The notes under the pieces were generated by a model that did not search any database, was not told the origin of the DNA, and saw nothing but the letters and a program-made list of their open reading frames with translations. DNA of 64,000 nt from an uncultured delta proteobacterium (lineage in GTDB: Bacteria > Desulfobacterota > Binatia > UBA9968), in the NCBI GenBank assembly GCA_963755715.1, contig CAVWLW010000074.1, positions 1-64,000 on the forward strand. The letters run 5' to 3'. A program made the position numbers and the translations under genes. Shown here piece by piece: positions 40,466 through 49,510 of the stretch (position 1 is the first letter of the stretch; every line of letters starts with the position of its first letter).

Positions 40466-43186
40466 TCAGAGGTAAAAAGGGAATGGCTTTTCGGGATCGA
40501 CACCGAGCTTCTTGATCGCTTCCTCGACGACGCTCGCGGGAAATGCTTCCTTTTGATGGAGCGCATAGAGGGTTGCGACGGCTGACAATTCTGCGTCGAC
40601 CTCAAAAAATCGCCTGAGATTGGACCGCGTGTCGCTCCGGCCGAAACCGTCGGTGCCGAGCGTCGTCAGCCCGCCGGGCACCCACGGCGCAATCTGATCG
40701 GGAACCATCTTCATATAATCGGACACCGCGACAAAAACTCCTTCCTCGTTTTGCAGGATTGATTCTAGATAGGATAATTTTGGCGGCGCCGTCGGATGCA
40801 GCATGTTCCAACGCTTGGTTCGCAACACGTCGCCGCGCAGCAGCTTGTAGCTCGTCGCGCTCCATACATCCGCCGCTACGTCGAATTGTTCCGCGAGAAT
40901 TTCTTGCGCGCGTAGTGCTTCTCGGAGCAGCGGGCCACTGCCGAATATATGCGCCTTGTATTTTTTACCCCTGGTCGCGGGCTTGAGCTTATATAAGCCT
41001 TTAAGTATTCCTTCTTCGGCGCCTTCCGGCATGGCCGGCATCGGATAGCTCTCATTGTAAAGCGTGAGATAGTAAAAATACTCTTCGCCTTCTGCATAGA
41101 GGCGGCGCAATCCGTCTTTCACTATCGCGGCGATCTCGTAAGCGAACGCGGCGTCGTAGGTCAACAAAGTCGGAATGGTGCTCGCCAGCAAGTGGCTGTG
41201 GCCGTCTTGATGCTGTAACCCTTCACCGTTGAGCGTCGTTCGTCCCGCTGTCGCTCCTAACAAAAAGCCTTTTGCCTTGCTGTCCGCCGCCGCCCAGATT
41301 AAATCGCCGATGCGCTGGAAACCGAACATGGAGTAGTAAAAGTAAAATGGGATCATGTTGACGCCGAGATGCACGTAAGACGTGCCCGCGGCGATGAACG
41401 ACGACATGGCGCCTGCCTCGGTAATGCCTTCTTCGAGAATCTGGCCGTCTTTGGCTTCGTTGTAATAGAGCAACGTCTCGCGATCGACGGGCTCGTAGAG
41501 CTGTCCCTTGGGAGAGTAAATACCGATCTGGCGGAATAACGAATCCATGCCAAAAGTCCTCGCTTCGTCGGGAATGATCGGGACGATGCGTTTGCCGATC
41601 TCCTCGTGACGCAAAAGCTTAGTCAGGATTCGCACGGTCGCCATGGTGGTCGACATAGAATGGTCGCCCGAACCTTTGAGGAATTCCTCATAATCGACAG
41701 CTTCAGGAACTCTTAAGGGCTTCGCCCTAACTTTCCGTTGCGGTACGAAGCCGCGCAGTTGTTTGCGCCTTTCGAGCAAGTATTGGGTTTCCGGGCTGTC
41801 GAGCGGCGGGCGGTAAAAGGGCGTCTCGACGACTTCTTCATCGGGCAATGGTATGTCGAAGCGGCTGCGAAACTCTCGCAACTCGCGTTCGTTGAGCTTT
41901 TTCTGCTGATGGGTGATATTCCGACCTTCGCCGGCTTCGCCCATGCCGTAACCCTTCACCGTCTTCGCGAGAATCACCGTCGGCGTGCCTTTGTGTTCGA
42001 CCGCCGCTTTGTAGGCGGCGTACACTTTCATGGGATCGTGACCGCCACGCAGCAGCTTGCGAATCTGGTCATCGGTCATAGGATTGACCATCTCAAGCAG
42101 TTCAGGGTACTTGCCAAAAAAATGCTTTCTGGTGTAACTCCCCGGCTCCACCGAGTATTTCTGATAATCGCCGTCAACCGCTTCTTCCATTCGTTTGAGT
42201 AACAATCCTTTATTGTCCTTCGCCAATAACGGATCCCAATCGGAGCCCCAGATGACTTTGATGACATTCCATCCCGCGCCACGGAAGAGCGCCTCGAGCT
42301 CCTGAATAATTTTGCCGTTACCGCGAACGGGGCCATCGAGACGCTGGAGATTGCAGTTTACGACCCAGATGAGATTGTCGAGATTTTCCCGCGACGCTAG
42401 CGTCAGCGCGCCTGAAGATTCCGGTTCATCCATTTCGCCGTCGCCGGCAAAACAGAAAATGCGCGGCTCTTCACCGCCAAGCAGCCCACGGCTTTTGAGA
42501 TAGCGCACGAACCGCGCCTGATAGATCGACATAATCGGCGCTAGTCCCATGGAGACCGTGGGAAACTGCCAGAAGTCGGGCATCAGGTACGGATGCGGAT
42601 AAGATGACACGCCGCCGACGCTGGAAAGTTCCTGGCGGAAATGATGCAGCTTGGGCGCGTTGATGCGCCATTCTACGTAGGCACGCGAATACGCGCCGGG
42701 CGACGCATGGCCTTGAAAGTAGACCATGTCAGGATGGTCATCACCGTCGCCGCCGCGGAAGAAATGATTCTGAGCGACTTCGTAAAGTGTCGCGGACGAC
42801 GCATAGGTCGAGATATGTCCGCCGATATCGGGATGGATGCGATTGGCTTTGACCACCATCGCCATCGCGTTCCAACGGATATAACTTTTTATGCGCCGTT
42901 CGATCTCGCGATTGCCCGGATAGGGCGGCTCTTTTTCCGGCGGGATCGTGTTGATGTACGGCGTGCTCACCATGTGCGGCAGGTTGATACCTGATTGACG
43001 CAACCGTTCGATGAGCTCTTCGAGAACCAACGAAGCGTTTTCGGGTTGCTCGTTCTTTAGAATATATTCGAGAATAGATTCCAGTGAGGCGACCCATTTG
43101 TGCCGATCGTTTTTGTTTGCGCGGCCGTTAGGACGCTCGCTTTCGACCGTGGTAACGGTGGGAATATCTTTGTTTTCAGGTTCCAT
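40466..43186 (-). CDS. aceE: Pyruvate dehydrogenase E1, homodimeric type
   Basis: IRWNA, GGHIS, FQGHASPG, QFPTVSMGL, GDGEMDEPES, GEGLQHQDG. Confidence 0.96.
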   Translation of the reverse strand: MEPENKDIPTVTTVESERPNGRANKNDRHKWVASLESILEYILKNEQPENASLVLEELIERLRQSGINLPHMVSTPYINTIPPEKEPPYPGNREIERRIKSYIRWNAMAMVVKANRIHPDIGGHISTYASSATLYEVAQNHFFRGGDGDDHPDMVYFQGHASPGAYSRAYVEWRINAPKLHHFRQELSSVGGVSSYPHPYLMPDFWQFPTVSMGLAPIMSIYQARFVRYLKSRGLLGGEEPRIFCFAGDGEMDEPESSGALTLASRENLDNLIWVVNCNLQRLDGPVRGNGKIIQELEALFRGAGWNVIKVIWGSDWDPLLAKDNKGLLLKRMEEAVDGDYQKYSVEPGSYTRKHFFGKYPELLEMVNPMTDDQIRKLLRGGHDPMKVYAAYKAAVEHKGTPTVILAKTVKGYGMGEAGEGRNITHQQKKLNERELREFRSRFDIPLPDEEVVETPFYRPPLDSPETQYLLERRKQLRGFVPQRKVRAKPLRVPEAVDYEEFLKGSGDHSMSTTMATVRILTKLLRHEEIGKRIVPIIPDEARTFGMDSLFRQIGIYSPKGQLYEPVDRETLLYYNEAKDGQILEEGITEAGAMSSFIAAGTSYVHLGVNMIPFYFYYSMFGFQRIGDLIWAAADSKAKGFLLGATAGRTTLNGEGLQHQDGHSHLLASTIPTLLTYDAAFAYEIAAIVKDGLRRLYAEGEEYFYYLTLYNESYPMPAMPEGAEEGILKGLYKLKPATRGKKYKAHIFGSGPLLREALRAQEILAEQFDVAADVWSATSYKLLRGDVLRTKRWNMLHPTAPPKLSYLESILQNEEGVFVAVSDYMKMVPDQIAPWVPGGLTTLGTDGFGRSDTRSNLRRFFEVDAELSAVATLYALHQKEAFPASVVEEAIKKLGVDPEKPFPFYL

Positions 43187-43245
43187 TTGCGCTTGCTGCT
43201 AGTATTTTAGCAGACAACAAAATAAGTACAAAATCAACTGAACTC

Positions 43246-43965
43246 ATGGAATATCTCGATCTCACGTTTGCCGACCCGGCCAGCAATCTCGCCTGCGACG
43301 AGGCGTTGCTCGACTGGTTTGAGAGCTCACCATTCGACGGTGCGCTCCTGCGCCTTTGGGAGCCGCAAAATTACTTCATTGTGCTCGGGCACTCCAATCG
43401 AGTGAGCGATGAAGTCAACCTTTCAGCCTGCGACAACCGCGCGCTACCGGTTCTCCGACGCATGAGCGGCGGGGGCGCAGTCGTGCAAGGTCCGGGCTGT
43501 CTTAACTACTCGCTGATTTTGCCCAGCGCCTCCTATCGGCTGAAAAGCATCGGCGCTGCCTTTCGTTACGTTTTAGAACGCCATCAGCGCTTTCTTGACG
43601 ATCTGGCCGGCGTGAAAGCTCGCATCGAAGGTGTCAGTGATTTGACGGTTTCGGGGCGCAAATTTTCCGGCAATGCCCAGTACCGAAAATCGCGCTTCGT
43701 GCTTGTCCACGGGACGTTTCTCTTGAACTTTGACCTGCCGCTTATTGAAACCTGCCTGCGGCTGCCACCAAAACAGCCGGCCTATCGTGCGGCTCGGTCC
43801 CACTTGGAGTTCGTCGCCAATCTCAATCTTGTTTCGCGAGAGGTGCGCGACAGTTTGAGAAAGGGTTGGGAGGCGAATGAGCAATTAATACAGGTGCCAT
43901 TGGCTCGGATCGAGACACTCGTAGAAGAACGTTACGGACGAGAGGAATGGTCGAAAAAATTTTGA
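43246..43965 (+). CDS. lplA: Lipoate-protein ligase A family (catalytic domain)
   Basis: NLACDEALL, RRMSGGGAV, KFSGNAQ, HGTFL; divergent from aceE. Confidence 0.88.
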   Translation: MEYLDLTFADPASNLACDEALLDWFESSPFDGALLRLWEPQNYFIVLGHSNRVSDEVNLSACDNRALPVLRRMSGGGAVVQGPGCLNYSLILPSASYRLKSIGAAFRYVLERHQRFLDDLAGVKARIEGVSDLTVSGRKFSGNAQYRKSRFVLVHGTFLLNFDLPLIETCLRLPPKQPAYRAARSHLEFVANLNLVSREVRDSLRKGWEANEQLIQVPLARIETLVEERYGREEWSKKF

Positions 43966-44020
43966 GGCGTGTACAGGGTCCGTCGCTTGAATGCGTAGCG
44001 ATGCTTATGTGAAAAAAAAT

Positions 44021-44070
44021 TGGTGGTGGTGGTAGGAGTCGAACCTACGACACCGCGGATATGAGCCGCG
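44021..44070. repeat. att repeat: copy of the tRNA-Met 3' portion
   Basis: 50 bp matching 48147-48196 with 2 mismatches. Confidence 0.92.
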
Positions 44071-44089
44071 CTGAAATAATTAATCACGG

Positions 44090-44505
44090 GTTGACCCGCG
44101 ACCCCGGAACATTTTTCTCGAACGGGTCCTGGACCTTTTCCGGAGGAATCTCCACGTCGCGCGTCGATCTCATCGCCATAGTAAAGCGTCGGCGTGCCGC
44201 GCAGGGTGAGCAGCAGCATCGCCGCCAAACGCGCCTGCGCCGGACCGACCCGGGATGCGATGCGCGGCCGGTCGTGGTTTCCGAGAACCCAGTTTGGCCA
44301 TCCACGCTCCGGCAGTGCCGCTTCGTATTCCCCGATGATTCAAGCGATATCACGCGCCTGCCAATTCGCGAGGAGAAGCTGAAAGTTGAAAGGGACATCG
44401 ACGCCGCCAAGATCGACGCCATAGTATTGTACGAGCCGCTCGATGGGCAGATAGATTTCACCGATCAGCACCCGATCTTTGTACTGATCGACTAGGCGCC
44501 GGACC
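44090..44505 (-). pseudogene. GH13 alpha-glucosidase/amylase internal fragment
   Basis: DRVLIGEIY..PFNFQL..stop..WPNWVLGNHDRPR..LRGTPTLYYGDEI/fs/QDPFEKNVPG. Confidence 0.85.
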
Positions 44506-44718
44506 GCAACCAGCGACACAATATGCTTTCTTTCACTCGTTCGCTATCCTCGTCCAGTCCTTCTCTTTTCACCAGCAAGAAAACGGCAGCGAGACTCCTT
44601 GCAACGAAGAAAACCTTGCTTCGCTTGTAGCTTCCCTTCGTCGATCAGCGCGCGAAAAAACCTTTACCGCGAAAGAGATATTGATCAATGCGCCATTCTG
44701 AAAAGCGATCTTTGCCGG

Positions 44719-44857
44719 TAGGCGCTAATTTTGCACTAAATCATTGACCATCCTGCCGCGTCGCGAACGTGTTGATGGAAATGGCGTATCTCATTGGGCC
44801 GTGTACGTCATTTCCGACATTAACCAGTCTGGGTGAAAAAATTCGACTGGATTATCA
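44719..44857 (+). promoter_or_regulatory. Sigma-54-like promoter plus conserved leader, copy 1
   Basis: GGCGCTAATTTTGCA (GG-N10-GC); repeated at 46918-47057. Confidence 0.55.
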
Positions 44858-44968
44858 TACGTATTGATCGCGATGATCACGCTAAATCGTTAGGGGTGAT
44901 CCGGCAGTTTTATTGATGTGCAGCGAATGCCTACGATAGCAATTGAAGCTGTCGAGAAAGTCCATTGA

Positions 44969-45850
44969 ATGATTGTCTTACATAATTTAACAACGAAAAA
45001 GCGGGCGCAGACTACTCACTCGAAGAGAGCCGTAACTCACTATGCCCCAGGGTGTCTTCGCAGGTTGATCCGCCGGCTGATAAATTGCCATCTACGAGCT
45101 TTAGCGCTTTTCTATAAAAAACGACCTGTTCCTCTGAGCTACTGGTTGTCTTTTCACTCGGCCGTCGCAGCTCTGTCTCATTCTTCTGATCCTCTGTTGC
45201 CTAGTCAAAATTGCCTTCAGAGTAGTGGCGCATCTTTGCCAATACGAGAGTTAAAAGAAGTGTTGCGTCACGATTTATTAGGAATGTGGGCTCTGGATGC
45301 CGATACTATCACTTTATTGTGGAAACGAATTCGGCAGGATCGACCGAAGGTCATTATCGAATGTGGGGCCGGAGTGAGTACTCTAGCTTTAGCAAAAAGT
45401 ATAGCGGACTATGAATCGGGATCAGAGACTTTTGCGTCGTTGCTTTCATTCGAACAGGATCTTTGGGTGAAGGAAGGGGTTGAGAAAAGACTTGAGATAT
45501 GTGGGCTGAAATCCGTGACGATATTGCATGCGCCTATTTCGAAAGAAGGAGAGTACCAGTTCGATGAGAATCAGTTGAGAGAACATCTAGGGTCCGAAAA
45601 AGTTGATTGGGTAATCGTTGATGGACCGGCCGGTCCGGAGGGCTGCCGCGTATCAACGCTCCCTTTTCTGGCGCGTTTTTGCCGTCCAGGAGCACGCTGG
45701 TTTTTAGACGATTCCTTTCGCGATGGGGAACTAAGGGTGTTGAATCAGTGGAACCGTATGCACGGAATTGTGGTTGAAGGGATCTATCCTATTGGCAAAG
45801 GATTAGGTGTCGGAATCGTGGCGGATCCGCAGCAGGTTGCTCGGTCATGA
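44969..45850 (+). CDS. Class I SAM-dependent methyltransferase (Methyltransf_24-like); start uncertain
   Basis: IIECGAGVST, SFEQD, VIVDGP, FLDD..R.GE; AT-rich codon usage. Confidence 0.8.
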   Translation: MIVLHNLTTKKRAQTTHSKRAVTHYAPGCLRRLIRRLINCHLRALALFYKKRPVPLSYWLSFHSAVAALSHSSDPLLPSQNCLQSSGASLPIRELKEVLRHDLLGMWALDADTITLLWKRIRQDRPKVIIECGAGVSTLALAKSIADYESGSETFASLLSFEQDLWVKEGVEKRLEICGLKSVTILHAPISKEGEYQFDENQLREHLGSEKVDWVIVDGPAGPEGCRVSTLPFLARFCRPGARWFLDDSFRDGELRVLNQWNRMHGIVVEGIYPIGKGLGVGIVADPQQVARS

Positions 45851-45934
45851 AAGTCCCTATTCTCAACCCAAGCGCGTACGCCAAATTTTGGCTCAGACCT
45901 GCTGCAACTGTACCGAGACCGAATATCTGCAACG

Positions 45935-46080
45935 TGAGCGGTTGATCTTATATTTGAGCCAAGCCCTCGCTCCGCCGGCCGAACTCGTAGTAGAGGATCC
46001 TTTGCGTTGGCGATAATGCCCTCAAACTCCAGCGTCTTGGCTACGCGGATCAACTCCGCTGGCTTGGCCTCGAACGCCAC
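45935..46080 (-). pseudogene. ATP-dependent DNA ligase (LigD-type) catalytic-domain remnant
   Basis: With frameshifts reads EFEGIIA.RKGS..YE.GRRS..WLKYKIN (ligase motifs IV and V). Confidence 0.75.
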
Positions 46081-46139
46081 GGATGGAAGCACTGGGTAAT
46101 GGAACTTGGCCAGCGGCTTTTCGAGCAGTTCGCACCGCT

Positions 46140-46630
46140 CCCTCTAGATCCGACGCGGCTTGATCGCTCGGTGCTTAACCAAATGACCGACCAACTGCTT
46201 GTTCAGATCCGCAACCCGCTTTTCGCCAAATCTCTGGTTGAACTTGATCAACGTGGTGGCATCGGGAACCGTATCCATCAACGACAGACGGCAGAAATAT
46301 CTCCATGGCAGTCTTCCCGAACTTCCGTCTCAACTTCTTCGTAGCTCAGTCCCAGCGAAACTTCAGATACATCATGCGCAGATAGATCCCTACGGCTGTG
46401 CCGGGTCGGCCCATGCTCTTATCGAAAACTTCTTCGAAGGGTTTGACCAGTGCGGGGCTCGACAGAAGCTCGTCGACTTTCTTGAGCTCGTTGTCCGACT
46501 CGTACAACGACCGATCGATGAAGCCATCGCCAAAACTCATCTGCTGAGATATTGCTCTGCGCATAATTTCTTTTTCTACATCAAAACTACAATGACACAA
46601 GAAAATTCTGACTTTTTCAGTGAGAACTAA
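46140..46630 (-). mobile_element. Truncated IS transposase (IS5/ISNCY-like, DUF772-type N-terminus)
   Basis: From ATG 46564: GRP....YLRMMYLKFRW/fs/LSYEE..WRYFCRL...VPDATTLIKF. Confidence 0.8.
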
Positions 46631-46917
46631 CTAACACCGAAACCTCGACTAAAAGACCCTCGAAGGGTCGAGCATCTCTCGCCGATTGGTATTTATTGCA
46701 ACCGACGGTCGGAGAGAGCGCCGGATCTCGGCGCGGTGAGAGAAGGTGAAAACAATTTAGTCACTATTGAGGAGTTCGGCACAGCGCGATATCTGCCACC
46801 ATCCTATGGTGTCACGCGTGTTGTCGATGCGTTTTGACCGTCGCATCAGAAGCCGCCGAAAAGCGAATCTCGCAAATAATCGGAATCGTAGCGGCGGTAC
46901 GCGGCAATTCATGCCAC

Positions 46918-47057
46918 TCGGCGCTAATTTTGCACACAATTAATCGGTAATCGTCCTGCCTCGTGGAAAGTGATGGGGAAAACGCGGGTCTAATTGGGCC
47001 GTGTACGTCATTTCCAACATTGACCGATCTGGGTGGAAAAAATCGACTGGATTATCA
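46918..47057 (+). promoter_or_regulatory. Sigma-54-like promoter plus conserved leader, copy 2
   Basis: GGCGCTAATTTTGCA then ATTGGGCCGTGTACGTCATTTCC...TCGACTGGATTATCA as in copy 1. Confidence 0.55.
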
Positions 47058-47211
47058 CGTGGCACACATAGCTACAGAGTGCGAAGCGGAAGCAAAACAA
47101 TGATAATCGTGCGAACCGCACAGTTGATTGAGGGACTGAGCGCCAAGCTTCGACTGCGCGGGTCGCGGTAAAAGATCGCCAGCGATTGCCTTGCGCAGGA
47201 GAGGTGATGAA

Positions 47212-47463
47212 ATGTCAATAAAAACGACTCTCACTAACCTTCCTACGATTGCACTTCAAATCATCGGCGGAATCTTGATTCTCACATCGATGGTGGGCTT
47301 CAGAAGTGGTGGCATGCTTTGGCCGATGCTCGGCTCCGGGACTGGAACAGGGTTGCTTATCTTAGGGTGGGAACGGACGAAAGAAAAGCACGCGGCGCTA
47401 CAAGATGATCAGGAAAAACCCGAAGCAGTGCCAACCACACGACCTGTCCGTGCGGCGAGGTGA
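47212..47463 (+). CDS. Small membrane protein with two TM segments
   Basis: Two hydrophobic segments; GGAGAGG upstream. Confidence 0.6.
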   Translation: MSIKTTLTNLPTIALQIIGGILILTSMVGFRSGGMLWPMLGSGTGTGLLILGWERTKEKHAALQDDQEKPEAVPTTRPVRAAR

Positions 47464-47582
47464 TCGCCCTGGGCGAATCCTGACCTGCCTGTGGCTCGGT
47501 CACGACACATATATGCCTCAAGTGTGGCGCGGAAGTGCGGCTGGATCGGTTCTTGAAAGACTTCACTTCCGGCCAGAATTGA
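47430..47582 (+). pseudogene. Degenerate homologue of the 2062-2412 Zn-ribbon gene
   Basis: TCPCGEVI..TGA..CLKCGAEVRLDRFL versus TCPCGAII..CPNCSAEVRLDRFL. Confidence 0.6.
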
Positions 47583-47823
47583 GCTAGGCAGGCATTCGCA
47601 TCGTCTTTCTCATCATGTATTCTTCGACAGGTGTGACCCTTTAGCATATTTTCTTTTCAAGGTCCTTTTTTGTATCCCGACAAATTGAGGCATTGGAATT
47701 GTGCGCCTTTGGCCTAACCGTTGCTCGCCAATAGTTTCGCCAGCCAGTTAGTTCTTCTTGAACCCACATCGAGCATTGTCTAACAAATGACAGTACGAGG
47801 GCAACGCACCGGCAGCAGGTATT

Positions 47824-48040
47824 ATGCTTGTCTTGAAAATGGTGAACAGACATTTGGCCAAGTTGACGCGGGAATATACCGCAACACAAAAGGGTGATCT
47901 CCGTGCGCTGGCAATCGCAGAGGAACTTTCACAGGTAGGTGATGAGACACACGAGCTTGCAACCACGACGAAGTACATGCGGACTGTTGAAGAGCGGATA
48001 AGGCACGCTGTTGAAAATCTTGGGGGCGATTCTGGGGGCG
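47824..48040 (+). pseudogene. Chimera: 5' part of the helical-repeat gene fused to a tyrosine integrase C-terminus
   Basis: 47831-47940 is homologous to 3050-3157; then MRHTSL/fs/ATTTKYMRTVEERIRHAVENL (H...T..Y box II). Confidence 0.7.
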
Positions 48041-48146
48041 ATTCAATGGCCGCAAATGGCCGCGAAACGTCGGATTTGGCCAACTTGCAAAATTTGAATG
48101 CGTTGGCGAAAGCACTGACAAACCACGGTTATTTCAAAGGGAATGT

Positions 48147-48223
48147 TGGTGGCGGTGGTAGGAGTCGAACCTACGACGCCGCGGATATGAGCCGCGTGCT
48201 CTGACCAACTGAGCTACACCGCC
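48147..48223 (-). tRNA. tRNA with CAT anticodon, most likely elongator tRNA-Met
   Basis: GGCGGTGTAGCTCAGTTGG...CTCATAT...GGTTCGACTCC...CCA; G1-C72 pair, so not an initiator; Ile2 not excluded. Confidence 0.95.
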
Positions 48224-48271
48224 GGGGCAAGTTAAACTTATTTATGATGACGTGAGTAAAAGATCAATCTC

Positions 48272-48997
48272 TCAAGAAAAGACCGAAGGTAAATTCCACT
48301 TGCGCTGAACCGAAGTCCGATTGATGCTCTTTTTTCCTCGGTGAATCTGGTAAAGAACTTTCTCATCTACATCGAGGCATGTCAACATGTTGCCATAGAC
48401 GAGGCCGGTATCTAAGCCGACCTTATAAGGAAGATCGTACAAGACGGTGGACTGGGGCGTATGGCCGAAGAGCACGGTGTAGGGAAGACCGTGTGAGCTG
48501 TAAATAAACGCGTTGCGGATCCAGAAAAACTCTTCGTCGGTTTGTTCCGTCAAGGGCTTTTGTGGGTGGATTCCGGCATGCACGCACAAAAACGAATCCA
48601 TCTGATGATATTTCTCAAGTGTTTTATAAAAGCGCACATGAGCGACTGGGATCGCCTCAAAAGCTTGCGCCGGGAGGAACTGATCCGGTGCCACTCCATA
48701 GCTCGCCAAAGTGGCCTTGCCACCGTTGATCAGGAACATGTCGCCGTGTTGACCGTCCAGACCGAGATAGGACAAAAACATGTCCTCGTGATTGCCTTTC
48801 AAAAACACCCATTCGATCCCGTCTAATTGTTGTCGTAAGGATATTAAATAGGCAACGACAGCCGCGGAGTCAGGCCCGCGGTCGATGTAGTCCCCGAGGA
48901 ATACCACGGAGTCGCCGCCGCGAAGCGGCAGGGCGTCGATCAAGCGACGCAGCTCCTCAGCACAACCATGAATATCGCCGATAACGTAACGGCTCAT
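48272..48997 (-). CDS. Metallophosphoesterase (Ser/Thr phosphatase/ApaH-like)
   Basis: GDIHG, GDYIDRG, GNHE, HAG, GHT, LDTG. Confidence 0.92.
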   Translation of the reverse strand: MSRYVIGDIHGCAEELRRLIDALPLRGGDSVVFLGDYIDRGPDSAAVVAYLISLRQQLDGIEWVFLKGNHEDMFLSYLGLDGQHGDMFLINGGKATLASYGVAPDQFLPAQAFEAIPVAHVRFYKTLEKYHQMDSFLCVHAGIHPQKPLTEQTDEEFFWIRNAFIYSSHGLPYTVLFGHTPQSTVLYDLPYKVGLDTGLVYGNMLTCLDVDEKVLYQIHRGKKSINRTSVQRKWNLPSVFS

Positions 48998-49098
48998 GAA
49001 CGGAATCCTAAGCTACTCGTTAGTGCCGCGCAATGCCAACAGCGCCGGCTGGAAAAACAACTGCGAGCCGGGTATCGTCTTCAGTAAGGTTATTCATC

Positions 49099-49494
49099 GT
49101 GAAGGTCCGGGAAGTCTATTCCAATTATCTCATGGTTACAGGAGTGATTTGCCTGGTCATGGGAATCGGCAACTGGACGGTGGGGGTCATCGAATCGTCC
49201 AAGTATCAGGCCCTCTTATACAAGACGGCGCGTACTGGCTTGGAAGAAAGCTACCGAAATTTTCAACAGTTGGATCACCAGAAAAACGAAGAAGTGCTCC
49301 GGCGCATTAACGAAGACCGGGAAAAGTATAATGGCGCCAGAGTCAAACTCAATTTTTTTTATATAGTCTTAATTGGCGGGCGAGTGCTGTTTATCATCGG
49401 GGCAGGTTTAACTTTGGCGGCGATGGTGTACCTGATCCGGCGCGACAGTCAAACTAAAGTCAAACGCCTGCTTGAAGTCCCCGGAGAAAACTAG
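49099..49494 (+). CDS. Hypothetical membrane protein; start uncertain
   Basis: Two TM segments flanking a coiled region. Confidence 0.65.
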   Translation: MKVREVYSNYLMVTGVICLVMGIGNWTVGVIESSKYQALLYKTARTGLEESYRNFQQLDHQKNEEVLRRINEDREKYNGARVKLNFFYIVLIGGRVLFIIGAGLTLAAMVYLIRRDSQTKVKRLLEVPGEN

Positions 49495-49510
49495 TCGAAT
49501 TCGTTTTTAT

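Larger units (their letters stand above)
44021..48196. mobile_element. Decayed integrative island at the tRNA-Met 3' end
   Basis: Flanking att repeats; integrase C-terminal remnant next to the tRNA; pseudogenes; lower GC. Confidence 0.85.

Noticed and set aside
44021-44070. Second tRNA-Met gene
   Set aside because: Only the 3' 50 nt are present; no D arm or 5' acceptor strand, so it is an att repeat.
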